From the IMG/VR virus record IMGVR_UViG_3300035208_001913, positions 30,994-94,993 of that record: a stretch of 64,000 nt of DNA; one strand, written 5' to 3'. Made by a program: the position numbers and the translations under genes. The notes below the pieces were generated by a model, which was given only the letters and a program-made list of their open reading frames with translations, was not told the DNA's origin and did no database searches. The stretch is from a virus (Duplodnaviria > Caudoviricetes). Shown here in pieces: positions 11,087 to 21,969 of this stretch; positions within the stretch are counted from its first letter, which is position 1; each line of letters opens with the position of its first letter.

Positions 11087-12202
11087 TTAATCTGTTTTAT
11101 CTTCGCCCTTCCATTTTTTCCAGTCTACTAAATCTACACCGGTTTTAGAAGAACTATTGGCAGTTATGTCAGCTTTAACGCCTAACTTTTTCTCTATTGT
11201 ATCTTTAACTTGGTTCTTTGCCTCTGCTATCTTAGCCTTTATTGCTTTACCACCACCTTTCCATAATATTGCACCTAATTCATATAACGTTTCATCACTT
11301 TGTAATAAGAGGTCATATAAACTACTTGTGCCTGTCTTAGGATTAATCTTTACTGCTTCCTTAAAGAATTTCTGATATTCCACTATTTCAGCTTTGCTGA
11401 ATGAAATACCTAATAACTCTTCTTTGTTTTTGTAAGCATTGATTAATTTATCGGCAATAGTATCTTTTTCTTTATTTAAGTTTATTAAATTATTTTCTAC
11501 AGTTTGTTTAGCTAATTCAATTTCCTTTGCTTGTCTCTCTTTTGTTATCTGTTGATATTGACTTTTAATTTTCTTAGCTTCTATACTCTGTTCGAGTTTA
11601 GTCATTTTATTAATATGCTCTGATATTTCTTCATCAGTACTTCCTTCTGTATTTTGGTCTGTCTTACCATATTCATTTTTATAAACACTAAAGAGAATAT
11701 CTGTATCGGGCATTTCCAAGAATGCTTTCTGTTGTAATCTACCTTCTATCCATTTCTTTTCATCATACTGTCCTTTACTATGTAAATCTATAATTTCTTT
11801 TGCTGTATCGGGAATACCTTCTAAGTTAGTACCTGTATTAATATTTTCTGTCAACCAATCTAAAAGGATTTTACTTTCAGTTTCAGGAGTAATACCTTCG
11901 GGCATCTTAAATGTTCCTACACCTAATTCAGCTTCATATTCTTCCTTTATAGTGTCCCATATAGGATTATGTTTTACTTCTGGCAGTTCTTCCGTTTTTT
12001 CTTCCTTTTTTGTTTCATCTGTTTTAGTTGTTTGAAGTTCTACTTCTGGATCTGTTACTTCACCATCTTTAAAACTTGCTATAATAGCAGCTTCTATTTC
12101 TTCAGATGTTTTATTCTTTACTTCTTCAGTAACACCATTTTCACCTTTATCATCAATAACGACATCGTCAATTATTTCTTTTTCATTATCATCTATATCC
12201 AT
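11087..12202 (-). CDS. Putative scaffolding protein
   Basis: 371 aa, very acidic N-terminus and coiled-coil C-terminus, directly upstream of MCP. Confidence 0.6.
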   Translation of the reverse strand: MDIDDNEKEIIDDVVIDDKGENGVTEEVKNKTSEEIEAAIIASFKDGEVTDPEVELQTTKTDETKKEEKTEELPEVKHNPIWDTIKEEYEAELGVGTFKMPEGITPETESKILLDWLTENINTGTNLEGIPDTAKEIIDLHSKGQYDEKKWIEGRLQQKAFLEMPDTDILFSVYKNEYGKTDQNTEGSTDEEISEHINKMTKLEQSIEAKKIKSQYQQITKERQAKEIELAKQTVENNLINLNKEKDTIADKLINAYKNKEELLGISFSKAEIVEYQKFFKEAVKINPKTGTSSLYDLLLQSDETLYELGAILWKGGGKAIKAKIAEAKNQVKDTIEKKLGVKADITANSSSKTGVDLVDWKKWKGEDKTD

Positions 12203-12242
12203 TTTTTTAAATTTTTAGTTTATATTCTTATCCTTTAATTTG

Positions 12243-12250
12243 CAAATATA
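12243..12250 (-). promoter_or_regulatory. Bacteroidota-type -7 promoter element (TATATTTG)
   Basis: caaatata on + strand, about 40 nt upstream of the scaffold ATG. Confidence 0.55.
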
Positions 12251-12280
12251 TATTATTTTAAATTAATAAAAAAAATATTT

Positions 12281-13696
12281 TTAATGTGATTGGCCAGAAG
12301 GATTATATCCTCTTTTTAATTTAGTTCCTTTTTTTTCAGTAACAGTAAAATTTCCTCCACTATCTCTATTTACTATAAAACCTTCTTTTTCTAATCTTTT
12401 TTTATCTTGAAAATAATCTGTAGTTCTCGAATATGCTGAATTTATTTCATTATTTTTATTTAATATCCATGAGGCTTTTTGAGCTTTATCCATTCCATTA
12501 GTATTTTCATTTATATAATTAGTTAGTTCTACATCTTCTTTTATATCTGCAGCAACTCCAATTAGTCCAGTTAATGGAATTAAAGTGCCAAATGAACTAG
12601 TACTAAAAGGTTTACCACTACCTCCACTTTTAAAGAAACCACCTTTAAAGGTATTATTAGATTTTCCTATTACATTTGGAACTATTTCTTTTGTTGTAGT
12701 TTGTAAAGGTTCTTTAAAATTTTTAAAGATTTTAGAAGTTTGTTCATAATTCTTATTTGGTTTTAAATTAACTTCTTTTTCTAATATTGTATTTGGATTA
12801 TTTTTATCTTTTATATATATATATTTTGTTGTTTTTGGTTTAGCCTCAACAAGAGTTGGATTTTTTTCAACACATGGTTTACTATATGCTCTTTTAGTTA
12901 CTGTAGAAGTTTCATTAGTTATTGGTTGTTCAATTATTGGTGTTGTTTCTGTTACTACAGGTTTAAATGCATCCTTATAAGCAACCTGTACTTCTTTAGG
13001 AGTAGTTAAAGGTTTCTTGGTATCTATTAACTTTTTAGAAAATTGTTTTGGTGTTAATTTAGTTTCTCCTGTATTTAATAAAGTTCTTTCTTTACTACCT
13101 TCTGTTAATGGAACTCCTTGTTTATATGCTCTTTTAATTTCTCCTGTTGCTGTTTTACCTCCTGTAAAATATGATTTCTGTAATAGACTTCCTCCTTTAT
13201 AACCTTGTACTTTATTTATTAAATCACCTACAAACTTTCTTCCCGGAACCGCAACTGCATAAGTTGTTGTTAATCCTGCAAGTCCTGTACCTACACCTGA
13301 ATAATCTCTTGATTTATCCAATTTAGAAGTCTTTCCTTCTTCAATATCATTTACACTTTGTGTAGAATCTATTTTTAATATAGAATTTAATATACTATCT
13401 GTTCTTACAGAATCCTGTAATGCTTTCTCTCTTTCATATATTGCAGTACTATCAACAGGTATTTTAATTGTATCTGGAGGTTCTCCTACTACTAAACCTT
13501 TCTTAGCATTATTTGCCATAGTAGGTAAAGTAGATACTAATTCATCAATAGCAGTATGATTACCTTCTGTAATCCATTGTTCTACTTGTTGTCTATACTT
13601 AATAGGTATTATAGCTATATCACCATTAGAATTACGTAATGAAAGTTCTCCACCCTCAACTTCTACGTTCTTAGGTTGTTTAAATTTTAGTGCCAT
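12281..13696 (-). CDS. Putative internal virion/cargo protein
   Basis: 471 aa, low complexity, N-terminal VEVEGGE motif; lies between portal and scaffold. Confidence 0.4.
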   Translation of the reverse strand: MALKFKQPKNVEVEGGELSLRNSNGDIAIIPIKYRQQVEQWITEGNHTAIDELVSTLPTMANNAKKGLVVGEPPDTIKIPVDSTAIYEREKALQDSVRTDSILNSILKIDSTQSVNDIEEGKTSKLDKSRDYSGVGTGLAGLTTTYAVAVPGRKFVGDLINKVQGYKGGSLLQKSYFTGGKTATGEIKRAYKQGVPLTEGSKERTLLNTGETKLTPKQFSKKLIDTKKPLTTPKEVQVAYKDAFKPVVTETTPIIEQPITNETSTVTKRAYSKPCVEKNPTLVEAKPKTTKYIYIKDKNNPNTILEKEVNLKPNKNYEQTSKIFKNFKEPLQTTTKEIVPNVIGKSNNTFKGGFFKSGGSGKPFSTSSFGTLIPLTGLIGVAADIKEDVELTNYINENTNGMDKAQKASWILNKNNEINSAYSRTTDYFQDKKRLEKEGFIVNRDSGGNFTVTEKKGTKLKRGYNPSGQSH

Positions 13697-13698
13697 TG

Positions 13699-14589
13699 TT
13701 ATTGATTTATATGTTTCATTAACTCTTCGTTAGTAATAATATTATTATCTCTTATATCAATTAATCTTTGTCCATGTTTAGGATTCTTTTTAAAATCTAA
13801 TGGTCCTTTAGTTAAATCCCAGCCGAATATCTTTGTAGCTCCTTGTAAATCTTTATGTCCTAATGCTATTGAACCATTTCCTTGTAGTAACTGAAGTCTA
13901 TCAACTTCTTTAGTTAAACCTAACTTATCTGCTTTTGCCATTTTATCATAATAAATTAATGACGCTGCTTCTATATTTCCTAACTTTCTGCCTAATTTAT
14001 CTTCCTGTTCTTTAAGTGTGCTTGGTCCTAGATGAAATAAATCATCATATGCACCATAAGTTGATTCTTGTCCAGCCCATGCAATTGCAGTAGGTACATC
14101 TTCTTTTTTCCAATATTTTTTTATACTATCTAATGCAGATAATTGTAATCCATTTTCTTGTTTATTAGTATCTGTTATAGGTATATTCATTGCAACATCA
14201 AATGTTCTTTTATCTGGGATTCCTATATAAACATTTTGTTTTCTTTTATCAACAAATTCTAAAGGTTGTCTTTCAATTGCTTTTATTGCAGTCCTATTAT
14301 ATCTATCTTTTAATTCATTACTTTGTATATTCCAAATAGTCTTACCTCCAGTTATAGAAGATATTTCTTTTGGTGGTTTTTCTACTAGCACACCATCTTT
14401 TGCTTTAAAACTTCCACTACCATTAGTCTGCTGTATCTGTCCATCTCCTACCTTTATATCTATACCACCTCCTTCATGTGAAGGTCCTTTAAAGTCTTTT
14501 ATTATTTCCCAACTACCTCCGGGGGTAAAACCAAAGTTACCTCCATTCTCTAATTTAGGATATACAAATTTTTTATATGTTCGTTTCAT
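13699..14589 (-). CDS. Putative internal virion/cargo protein
   Basis: 296 aa, GPSHEGGGI motif; the C-terminal AGQESTYG segment may belong to a lytic-transglycosylase-like domain. Confidence 0.4.
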   Translation of the reverse strand: MKRTYKKFVYPKLENGGNFGFTPGGSWEIIKDFKGPSHEGGGIDIKVGDGQIQQTNGSGSFKAKDGVLVEKPPKEISSITGGKTIWNIQSNELKDRYNRTAIKAIERQPLEFVDKRKQNVYIGIPDKRTFDVAMNIPITDTNKQENGLQLSALDSIKKYWKKEDVPTAIAWAGQESTYGAYDDLFHLGPSTLKEQEDKLGRKLGNIEAASLIYYDKMAKADKLGLTKEVDRLQLLQGNGSIALGHKDLQGATKIFGWDLTKGPLDFKKNPKHGQRLIDIRDNNIITNEELMKHINQ

Positions 14590-14881
14590 TTATTTTCTTT
14601 TTAGCATAACGATATTTGACTTTCTGTTTCCAAAGGATATTTTGTTCTTTATACATCTTCTTTAATACCTCCTGAGCATACTTATTAGTGTAAGGCTTAA
14701 ACATAATCGGAGAGTTTACTTGCCATCCTTTTCTTATACATCTTCCCCAACTTCTTTCTAAATCTATTAATGCTTTCTTAACATCATTTCTTTTACAAGT
14801 TGTTCTCTCTGGTTTATTCTTTGTATTTTCCTTTATTTCTTTATATATCCTATCAATATAATCATGTAAATTTAATAACAT
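14573..14881 (-). CDS. Small basic hypothetical protein
   Basis: 102 aa, co-oriented directly downstream of the portal gene. Confidence 0.45.
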   Translation of the reverse strand: MLLNLHDYIDRIYKEIKENTKNKPERTTCKRNDVKKALIDLERSWGRCIRKGWQVNSPIMFKPYTNKYAQEVLKKMYKEQNILWKQKVKYRYAKKKINETNI

Positions 14882-14884
14882 ATT

Positions 14885-17419
14885 TTAATCTTTTACCATT
14901 TCTTTTTTTCTTGCTACTTTTTCTTTTACTTTAATATCAGCCATCTTAACTTCTAATCCATTCTTTTCCATAAGGGCATTTATATTCATCTGCATTGCTT
15001 GTAGTTGTAAACCTATACCCTGTAGTTCTTCATTTTTAATAGCACTACGTTGTTGTTCTCCAAGATAAGTAAGTTCTACGTCTCTCTCAGATGTTATTGA
15101 TGCTGCTTTAATATTTGCTTCTGTATCAATTTTTTTATTATCTATTTGTAATTTCTTTTCCGCTAACTGAGCATCAAGTTCCATCTTAGATTTTTTCAAC
15201 TGTAAGTCAAGTTCTTTGAGTTTAACGTCTTGTTGTTTTAACATACCCTCAAAGTCCTGGTCAAATTTCTTCAACTCCATCTCTGCCTGTTTCTGTGCTT
15301 CTATCTGATTAGTTTGCGATTTCTGTGCTAATTCCTGTGATTTCTTAGTCCAAAATCTAAATGATTTCTTTAACTGTGTCAAAGATTCCATATCGTAAAT
15401 ATCAAGAACTTTTTCAAAAGGCATTTGTCCTTTTTCTGATTGTCTGAAAGCCATCTGCTTTAATTCATTTTTAGACTGTTCTTCTTCTGAACTATTTTCA
15501 TACATAACTGCATAGTCAGAACCGGATAATAATTCTTTAGGTATATTAATATACTCTATACCATCAGGATTTTTAATATCTAATATAGCACCATCTTTCC
15601 ATGCATACTTACAGTAGTAATTTATTAACTGTGTCATAGCACGTATTTCTACTTCATCATGTTTATAGAAAAGTATTTCGGTGATTAACATAGACTGTTC
15701 TCTTGCCATCTCTGCTGTTCCTACTTGGTCTGTTGCTACTATTTGTCCTAACCTCTGTCTTGGTACTCCTATAATCTCTAAGGCAGTATTTCTAATACTT
15801 TCTAACATATTATCAATATATTGTACCGAAGGAGGAAGTGTATCATCATAGTCTTTCCATTGATTATAAGGACTTGTTACCTTTCCTGTTTTTTTTACTG
15901 TTTCAATATAAAGATTACCTGTTTTTTTATGATATTTATGTTCCTCTAAAGTCATTCCCTCTGGAGTCTGTGCAATATCTATTATCTGTCCTTTAACTCC
16001 CGATACTGCTATGATAAGTTCTCTATGATAATGAAGTAATACAAAGAGGTCTTGTAAATCTTTCGTTGCCCATATAAGACTATAAGGTTGATTAGCAATA
16101 TTTGAAAATGAAGGTCCAATGATTGGTAATCTACGTTTCATATAATTATCTCTATCAATAAGAGCTTCATCTTTTCTTCGTGCATTGACAACATACTTAC
16201 CATTTATTATTACTGCTTGGTATATGTCTGTCATATATCTTTTAGTTATTTTCTTATATTGTTTAGCTATATTTTCATCTATAATGTTATCATAGAAATG
16301 TTTAAAATCTATATCAGGATTATTTTTATTAGATTTCTCTCCTATATGAATAGTCTTTGGAACTCTCCAATATATTCGTACTCTTTCTATTCCTGTACTT
16401 GTATCTTCGGTACCACCATATAAACCTGTATTAGATTCATCAGATAAATCAGAACCTAAAGATAAACCACTTTCTATTTCTTCAATGATACTATCATTAA
16501 GGTCTGGACTATCTCCATATATATCAATGAAATCATTAAAAGAAATAACATCTTTTACCCCTGCCCATGGTCCATCTTCAACCCAATCAACACCTGCAAT
16601 TTTAGGATAGAATATGTTATTAGAGTTAAGATAATAATAATCACATTTATTAGCTTCCGGGACATAATCTACAAACCTATATTCTTTTCCTGTTACAAAT
16701 CTATCTGTAATACCCATAACTCTTTGAGTACGGATATTATGTTCTGTGATAAGTTTCTTTAAACCTTTTTGTGCTAATATCTCTTTAAGGTCTCGATAGT
16801 CATAAGTATAATATTCTTCAATCTCATTTTTCTTATCTTCATTGATTTGGATTTTATTACTTATTTCTTCTTGTATTAAAGTTAGTTGATTTTCTAACTG
16901 GGGTAGTATCTTTTTTAATTCTTCTTGCTGTTGTGCCTGTTGTTCATTCTGTGGTTGTTGTTGTAATTGTTGTTGTATCTGTTGTAACTGTTGTTGCATA
17001 GAACTAAGTGCCATACGCATCTCACTCTGTTGTATAAGTAATTCCTTTTTAATCTTATCCAGCATATCAATAAACATAGTCTCCTGTTTCTTTTCTTTAG
17101 ATTCATTATCATTGATAAATGTAGATAATATAAAAGGTCTGCGTGAGGCTTGTGATATTAAGAGGTCTATAGGACTTCTCTGAATAGATATATTCCTTAT
17201 CTTTGAAGGTAATGAAAATGTTTCTTCACCATTAGGACTTTTTATTTTAGTAAGATAATCCCAATCTTCGGGATTCATATATCCATGATAATAACGCCAG
17301 CATTTTAAATCTCTGTATTTTTCTAATCTATTACCTATTGTTTGGTGATATAATGCAAGTGCATATTCTTCCATCCATGGTTTATCCTTTTTTTTATTAA
17401 GGGTTGAAAGTAATTTCAT
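14885..17419 (-). CDS. Portal protein
   Basis: 844 aa; downstream of terminase; IGVPRQRLGQI motif; long C-terminal coiled coil; poly-Q insert. Confidence 0.8.
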   Translation of the reverse strand: MKLLSTLNKKKDKPWMEEYALALYHQTIGNRLEKYRDLKCWRYYHGYMNPEDWDYLTKIKSPNGEETFSLPSKIRNISIQRSPIDLLISQASRRPFILSTFINDNESKEKKQETMFIDMLDKIKKELLIQQSEMRMALSSMQQQLQQIQQQLQQQPQNEQQAQQQEELKKILPQLENQLTLIQEEISNKIQINEDKKNEIEEYYTYDYRDLKEILAQKGLKKLITEHNIRTQRVMGITDRFVTGKEYRFVDYVPEANKCDYYYLNSNNIFYPKIAGVDWVEDGPWAGVKDVISFNDFIDIYGDSPDLNDSIIEEIESGLSLGSDLSDESNTGLYGGTEDTSTGIERVRIYWRVPKTIHIGEKSNKNNPDIDFKHFYDNIIDENIAKQYKKITKRYMTDIYQAVIINGKYVVNARRKDEALIDRDNYMKRRLPIIGPSFSNIANQPYSLIWATKDLQDLFVLLHYHRELIIAVSGVKGQIIDIAQTPEGMTLEEHKYHKKTGNLYIETVKKTGKVTSPYNQWKDYDDTLPPSVQYIDNMLESIRNTALEIIGVPRQRLGQIVATDQVGTAEMAREQSMLITEILFYKHDEVEIRAMTQLINYYCKYAWKDGAILDIKNPDGIEYINIPKELLSGSDYAVMYENSSEEEQSKNELKQMAFRQSEKGQMPFEKVLDIYDMESLTQLKKSFRFWTKKSQELAQKSQTNQIEAQKQAEMELKKFDQDFEGMLKQQDVKLKELDLQLKKSKMELDAQLAEKKLQIDNKKIDTEANIKAASITSERDVELTYLGEQQRSAIKNEELQGIGLQLQAMQMNINALMEKNGLEVKMADIKVKEKVARKKEMVKD

Positions 17420-18006
17420 TATTTTTTTGTTTTAGGTAAGTAGTCAAACATTCTCCTTCTCATCTCTATTTTCTTATTTTTAGAACCTATCTTTATTAGT
17501 TGTTCTAATTCTTTAGACAAAGATATTAAAGATTTACTTAATGCTAACGCATCAGCTTTTTCCTTACTATTATCTATTTCTACTTGTACCTTTTTATTTT
17601 CTATTAATCCATTAATTTCTACAGGTACCTCAACCGTTACAATCTTTGTGAATTTGATATTTCCGATTCTTGTTATAAGATCATCCATATCATTCTGAAC
17701 ATTTTTTCTTAATCTTTCTTCTCTGGAACATTGAATTTCTTCGTACAAATTTATGAAATTTTTTACATCTTTATTATTTTCATATAAATTTATATCTTCT
17801 CCACCTAAATGTCTTTTACAAATATACAACTTTCTTTGAGAAGTTAGCATTTCTCTGTAAATACTTTCGTTGCAATACATCCAAAAAATATATGTAAGAG
17901 CTTTATCATAGAACTCTTTACCATGTTTTTTTAATTTAAGGACTTCTTCAATATATTGAGCTTCCTTAATAACTTCTACTTTACCATCTATTTCTTCTAA
18001 TATCAT
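17419..18006 (-). CDS. Conserved protein between terminase and portal
   Basis: 195 aa, translationally coupled on both sides. Confidence 0.5.
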   Translation of the reverse strand: MILEEIDGKVEVIKEAQYIEEVLKLKKHGKEFYDKALTYIFWMYCNESIYREMLTSQRKLYICKRHLGGEDINLYENNKDVKNFINLYEEIQCSREERLRKNVQNDMDDLITRIGNIKFTKIVTVEVPVEINGLIENKKVQVEIDNSKEKADALALSKSLISLSKELEQLIKIGSKNKKIEMRRRMFDYLPKTKK

Positions 18007-20030
18007 TTGTATGCTACTTTAAAATTACCATTTCTATCTTGGACATAATAAGAAAATCTTACTTTCTTATCTTTTTTAGCTATTAATTCTTCTTCTACCT
18101 CCAATACTAATACTTCACATATTGCTGTTGCTATCGTTATATCACAATTATATTTTGCTTCTTTAGGATTATACTTAAACTTAGCATAAGCTTTCATCTG
18201 TTCCACATCATCCATTTTAGAAATAAAATCATCTGTAAGTCTATCTCTAAGAATAGAAAGCCAATAAGGTTTTGTTGCAGGGTCTATACCCCACCAGTTA
18301 CTTGACTTACTATTATCAACCATATTAGCCATTGCAAATTCAGGTCGTGGCATAACAAATGCTGAAAGATTATTCCTTTTATACCAATCGAATATTCTTA
18401 ACTTGCTATGCTCTATAAGGTTTCTACAACCAAAATAAACACTTAATAAAGCACTATATTCAAAGAATGTTTCTGCTCCTCCTTCTTCTACCGTCGGTCT
18501 TGAAACTACTCTTGCTACATACTTACTACTTGACTGTAAAGCATTATAGAAAGTCTTACGGATATAAGATGCACCCATAGAATTAGTATAATAGGCTTCA
18601 TCCTGGTCATAACTATCAGTACCTTGTAAATATAATCCTTCTGGTATTATTCCATCAACTTTATAAGGATGCTCATAGATATAAAATGGTCCTGCTATAT
18701 CAGCTTCCCAAACAACACCATTATATTTATTCTTAATATCTTTCCATCTTAACCACCCTCTTGATTCTACTTGACTTGCCTTGTTAAGATTTACATAGGC
18801 TATTCTTTCATTTAACTTCTGTGTTATACTTTCTCCAAAATAACCACCACCTGTTATAAGGAATATATCTGTAGCAAATAAAGGATGCTGAGTACGATAA
18901 CGATATTTCTCTTCATGAGTTTTCTTTTTCTCATATTCTTTCTGCCACTCTATCATACTTGCTCCTATAAGACTATTACCTTCACTATCAATAATCTTAT
19001 ATTCTAAATCACGTATTACATGCCCTACCCTCCTACTTGATTCCTCTTTATCCCATTTGTTCTTAAAAGATAGAATATTATATTGTTCAGGATTATAATG
19101 ACGTTGTTCCATATCATAAACACCATCAGACATTTCACCCCCGGTTCCTAAGAAGAACTGAAATCCTGTTTTAACTCCTTCATTCCATATAGAAGGTTCA
19201 ACAAAACCGGCAGTACTTATACTCCAGTTTTTCTTTCCCTTACCTATTTCTTCATATATAATCCAGTATGGAGAATATCTACTCATACATTGAGGATTGT
19301 CTTTAGCAGTAATACATCTTACTTCACTTTTAGTATTTTGACTTTGGATAAGTTCTTTATTATCTCCACCTTTAGAACGGTCTTTATAGAATTGGGTATT
19401 TTTAAGATAGTCTAAACCATCTTTAGTCATATTAAATGTATTCTCAGCATCAGTGAGTGTATAACCTACTATGATAGTTTGTGCTGCAGGAACAAAGGTA
19501 TAGTTCCAACCGGCTATCATACCTGCTACTTTATTACTTTCTCCCTTTTGACGTGCTTTAGAATCCTGGTTATCTTTACTTTGTTCTTCCATCATCTGTA
19601 ACCGACGTGCAAAAAGGAAATCTATATCAAGGAATTTAGGATATGTTAATTGTTTAGCATTTCCAAACATCTTATTCTTAACTAAAGCTTTCATACGCCA
19701 GAAGTTAAGATAGAAATATAAACGAGGTGGAATGATTATAGTACGATTATAAATCCATAGATCATAATTAGGTAAGTAACAATCATTACCTTCCCAGATA
19801 CAATCAATGCCATCAATAAACATGTCTCCACCTTTTTCAATAGCATCTTCTACAATATATCCTTCAGTACAATACTTCTGTTGTCTTTCCCACCATGACT
19901 CATCAGTGATACATTTACTTAACGTATCTTTATCTACATCTTCGGGATTAAGATGAAACATATCATCTTTATCCGGAAGGTCTAATCCTGCTGCTACAGG
20001 TGAAAATTTTATCGTATTTACAAAACGCAT
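18003..20030 (-). CDS. terL: Terminase large subunit
   Basis: 675 aa; KARQKG Walker A, IIYEEIG Walker B, GTGG coupling motif, GTDSYD RNase H-like nuclease motif. Confidence 0.88.
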   Translation of the reverse strand: MRFVNTIKFSPVAAGLDLPDKDDMFHLNPEDVDKDTLSKCITDESWWERQQKYCTEGYIVEDAIEKGGDMFIDGIDCIWEGNDCYLPNYDLWIYNRTIIIPPRLYFYLNFWRMKALVKNKMFGNAKQLTYPKFLDIDFLFARRLQMMEEQSKDNQDSKARQKGESNKVAGMIAGWNYTFVPAAQTIIVGYTLTDAENTFNMTKDGLDYLKNTQFYKDRSKGGDNKELIQSQNTKSEVRCITAKDNPQCMSRYSPYWIIYEEIGKGKKNWSISTAGFVEPSIWNEGVKTGFQFFLGTGGEMSDGVYDMEQRHYNPEQYNILSFKNKWDKEESSRRVGHVIRDLEYKIIDSEGNSLIGASMIEWQKEYEKKKTHEEKYRYRTQHPLFATDIFLITGGGYFGESITQKLNERIAYVNLNKASQVESRGWLRWKDIKNKYNGVVWEADIAGPFYIYEHPYKVDGIIPEGLYLQGTDSYDQDEAYYTNSMGASYIRKTFYNALQSSSKYVARVVSRPTVEEGGAETFFEYSALLSVYFGCRNLIEHSKLRIFDWYKRNNLSAFVMPRPEFAMANMVDNSKSSNWWGIDPATKPYWLSILRDRLTDDFISKMDDVEQMKAYAKFKYNPKEAKYNCDITIATAICEVLVLEVEEELIAKKDKKVRFSYYVQDRNGNFKVAYK

Positions 20031-20356
20031 TATTTTCCTTTAGGAAATTTAGACTTCTCATTTAATTTGAATGTTGCTCTTTCTTCCATATACTTCATTA
20101 CAGTAACATAATCTGTTTCTGCAATATGCCACGGTACTAATGAGTTACTATGAAATACATTTTTATAATATATCTTATCCGGGCCCCACCATCCACATTC
20201 AATACCTTTTATTACACATCTTGTCTCTTGAAGTGTTGAGTTACCTCTTGTAGTATTAAACTTTTTAAACTCTTTAATAACTCTTATCACTTCTAACTTA
20301 ATTCCTAAGTTATCTTTATGGGCGACATCATCACCCTCTTTAAAATAATAGTCCAT
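20030..20356 (-). CDS. Small hypothetical protein (YodC/DUF2158-like)
   Basis: FKEGDDV...ECGWW...F pattern. Confidence 0.4.
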   Translation of the reverse strand: MDYYFKEGDDVAHKDNLGIKLEVIRVIKEFKKFNTTRGNSTLQETRCVIKGIECGWWGPDKIYYKNVFHSNSLVPWHIAETDYVTVMKYMEERATFKLNEKSKFPKGK

Positions 20357-20367
20357 TGTTTATATTT

Positions 20368-21969
20368 TTATGTTACTAATATTGCTATACCCTTTTGTAT
20401 GAATACAAGAGCCCATTTATTTTTAATTTTATATGTTTTTCCTATCTCATATATACTGAAAGTTTTTGTAAATAACAATAATACACTTTCTTTATTAACA
20501 GGATTTTTATCTATTATTACACCTGAATGTTCTCCTGTTTGTATAGAAGTATAGGTTTTATCTAAATATACTTTATTAGGTATTACTTCATTTAATTTTT
20601 TAGCTACTCTATAATCTCCACGTTTCCAATATCCCCATTCAATATCTTTTGAATATTTACTATGAAACATATATCCTATTGTACTTATATCTCTACAGAT
20701 AGGATTTCCTCCTTCTTTCATAGACTTCCAATTACCATCACTGGGAACTAATCTATTTAGAAAGTCAACACGCCAAAATAATAAATCATCTTCTGTATTT
20801 ATTCCAGTTACTAATTCTTCTATTACAGTAGGATTTGTAAGTTTATCATCATCATCTAAATATAATATCCAACCATTATTAACTTTTTTTGTCATTATAT
20901 CAAGATAATGATTATAAGGGAACCATATACCATAATCTACAATATCCTCTGGCTTTTCTATTTCATTAATAACTTTATCATAATGAACCACTCTACATTT
21001 ATAAGGATATACATATTTTTTAGTTTCCTCATCTTTCTTTTCTATACCTACAATAACATTAATATTTTCATAAGTTTGTTCTAAAATACTTTTCATGCAA
21101 TCATGAAAATAATTTTCTCTCCTACATGAACGAATAAGAATATTAACTGTTGGCTTTTTATCTATATATAACATTTTAGTTTTTTTATATAATTGTTCAT
21201 AACTGGGAACATATACTATTTGACTATCTGCAAATTGAGGATACCATCTTTGAAAAGAACCTATTTTTATTTCCTGCGTTTCCGGAAATCCTGGTTTACT
21301 ATAAATAATATTCTGACCACCAAAGAAAGAAGCAAGAATAGAATAGCCACCATTCATAGTAATATAATGTTGACAATTACTAAATACTTGTAACATTACT
21401 TTATTCCAATCTGATTTCTGTTTATTAAGAAGGTCTTGAAAAATAATAATTTCTTTATGGTTATTTTTAATATGTTCATAATCACCTAATTTTAAATTAT
21501 GAGCATGATCCTGAAAACATTCCGGTAAATCTACACCAAAATAAACTATCTGATATTTATCTTTTAGTTTCTTAAATAATCTATCAAGACATTCTAAAGA
21601 AAAATAATTAATTGGTTTTATCTTCCATTCTATATTATATCTATTACAAATACATAATGTAGGTTTATCCCATTTATATTTATCATTAGAATAATATTCT
21701 TTGTAAGGTGGTATTTCAAATTTAGTAAAATCAAGATAATGAGTATGAATTTTAGCATTAGGTATTTTCTCTTTATATAATTTATCCATATTATCCCAAT
21801 CTCTATTATCTGCTGAAATAGTATGTTTAGGACTAAAATAATATAGTGACTTACTTCCTTTTCCGGAAATAGTTTCTTTAAGTTTCTTTTGTTTATGTAA
21901 CCAATAAGCATAAGGAACACAACTTATTAATTCATATCCAAACTCTACATTATAACTATTTATAATCAT
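20368..21969 (-). CDS. Two-domain glycosyltransferase (C-terminal GT2/GT-A fold)
   Basis: 533 aa; VNILI...SILEQTYENINVIV, WILYLDDDD (DxD), GD; N-terminal domain is possibly a second transferase. Confidence 0.75.
   Translation of the reverse strand: MIINSYNVEFGYELISCVPYAYWLHKQKKLKETISGKGSKSLYYFSPKHTISADNRDWDNMDKLYKEKIPNAKIHTHYLDFTKFEIPPYKEYYSNDKYKWDKPTLCICNRYNIEWKIKPINYFSLECLDRLFKKLKDKYQIVYFGVDLPECFQDHAHNLKLGDYEHIKNNHKEIIIFQDLLNKQKSDWNKVMLQVFSNCQHYITMNGGYSILASFFGGQNIIYSKPGFPETQEIKIGSFQRWYPQFADSQIVYVPSYEQLYKKTKMLYIDKKPTVNILIRSCRRENYFHDCMKSILEQTYENINVIVGIEKKDEETKKYVYPYKCRVVHYDKVINEIEKPEDIVDYGIWFPYNHYLDIMTKKVNNGWILYLDDDDKLTNPTVIEELVTGINTEDDLLFWRVDFLNRLVPSDGNWKSMKEGGNPICRDISTIGYMFHSKYSKDIEWGYWKRGDYRVAKKLNEVIPNKVYLDKTYTSIQTGEHSGVIIDKNPVNKESVLLLFTKTFSIYEIGKTYKIKNKWALVFIQKGIAILVT

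Noticed and set aside
9964-13202. Plus-strand ORFs opposite structural genes (e.g. 9964-10299, 11157-11375, 11969-12238) and similar antisense ORFs elsewhere
   Set aside because: They are shadows of well-supported genes on the opposite strand.
16920-17000. CAA/CAG-rich repeat in the portal gene
   Set aside because: A low-complexity poly-Q coding segment, not a separate element.
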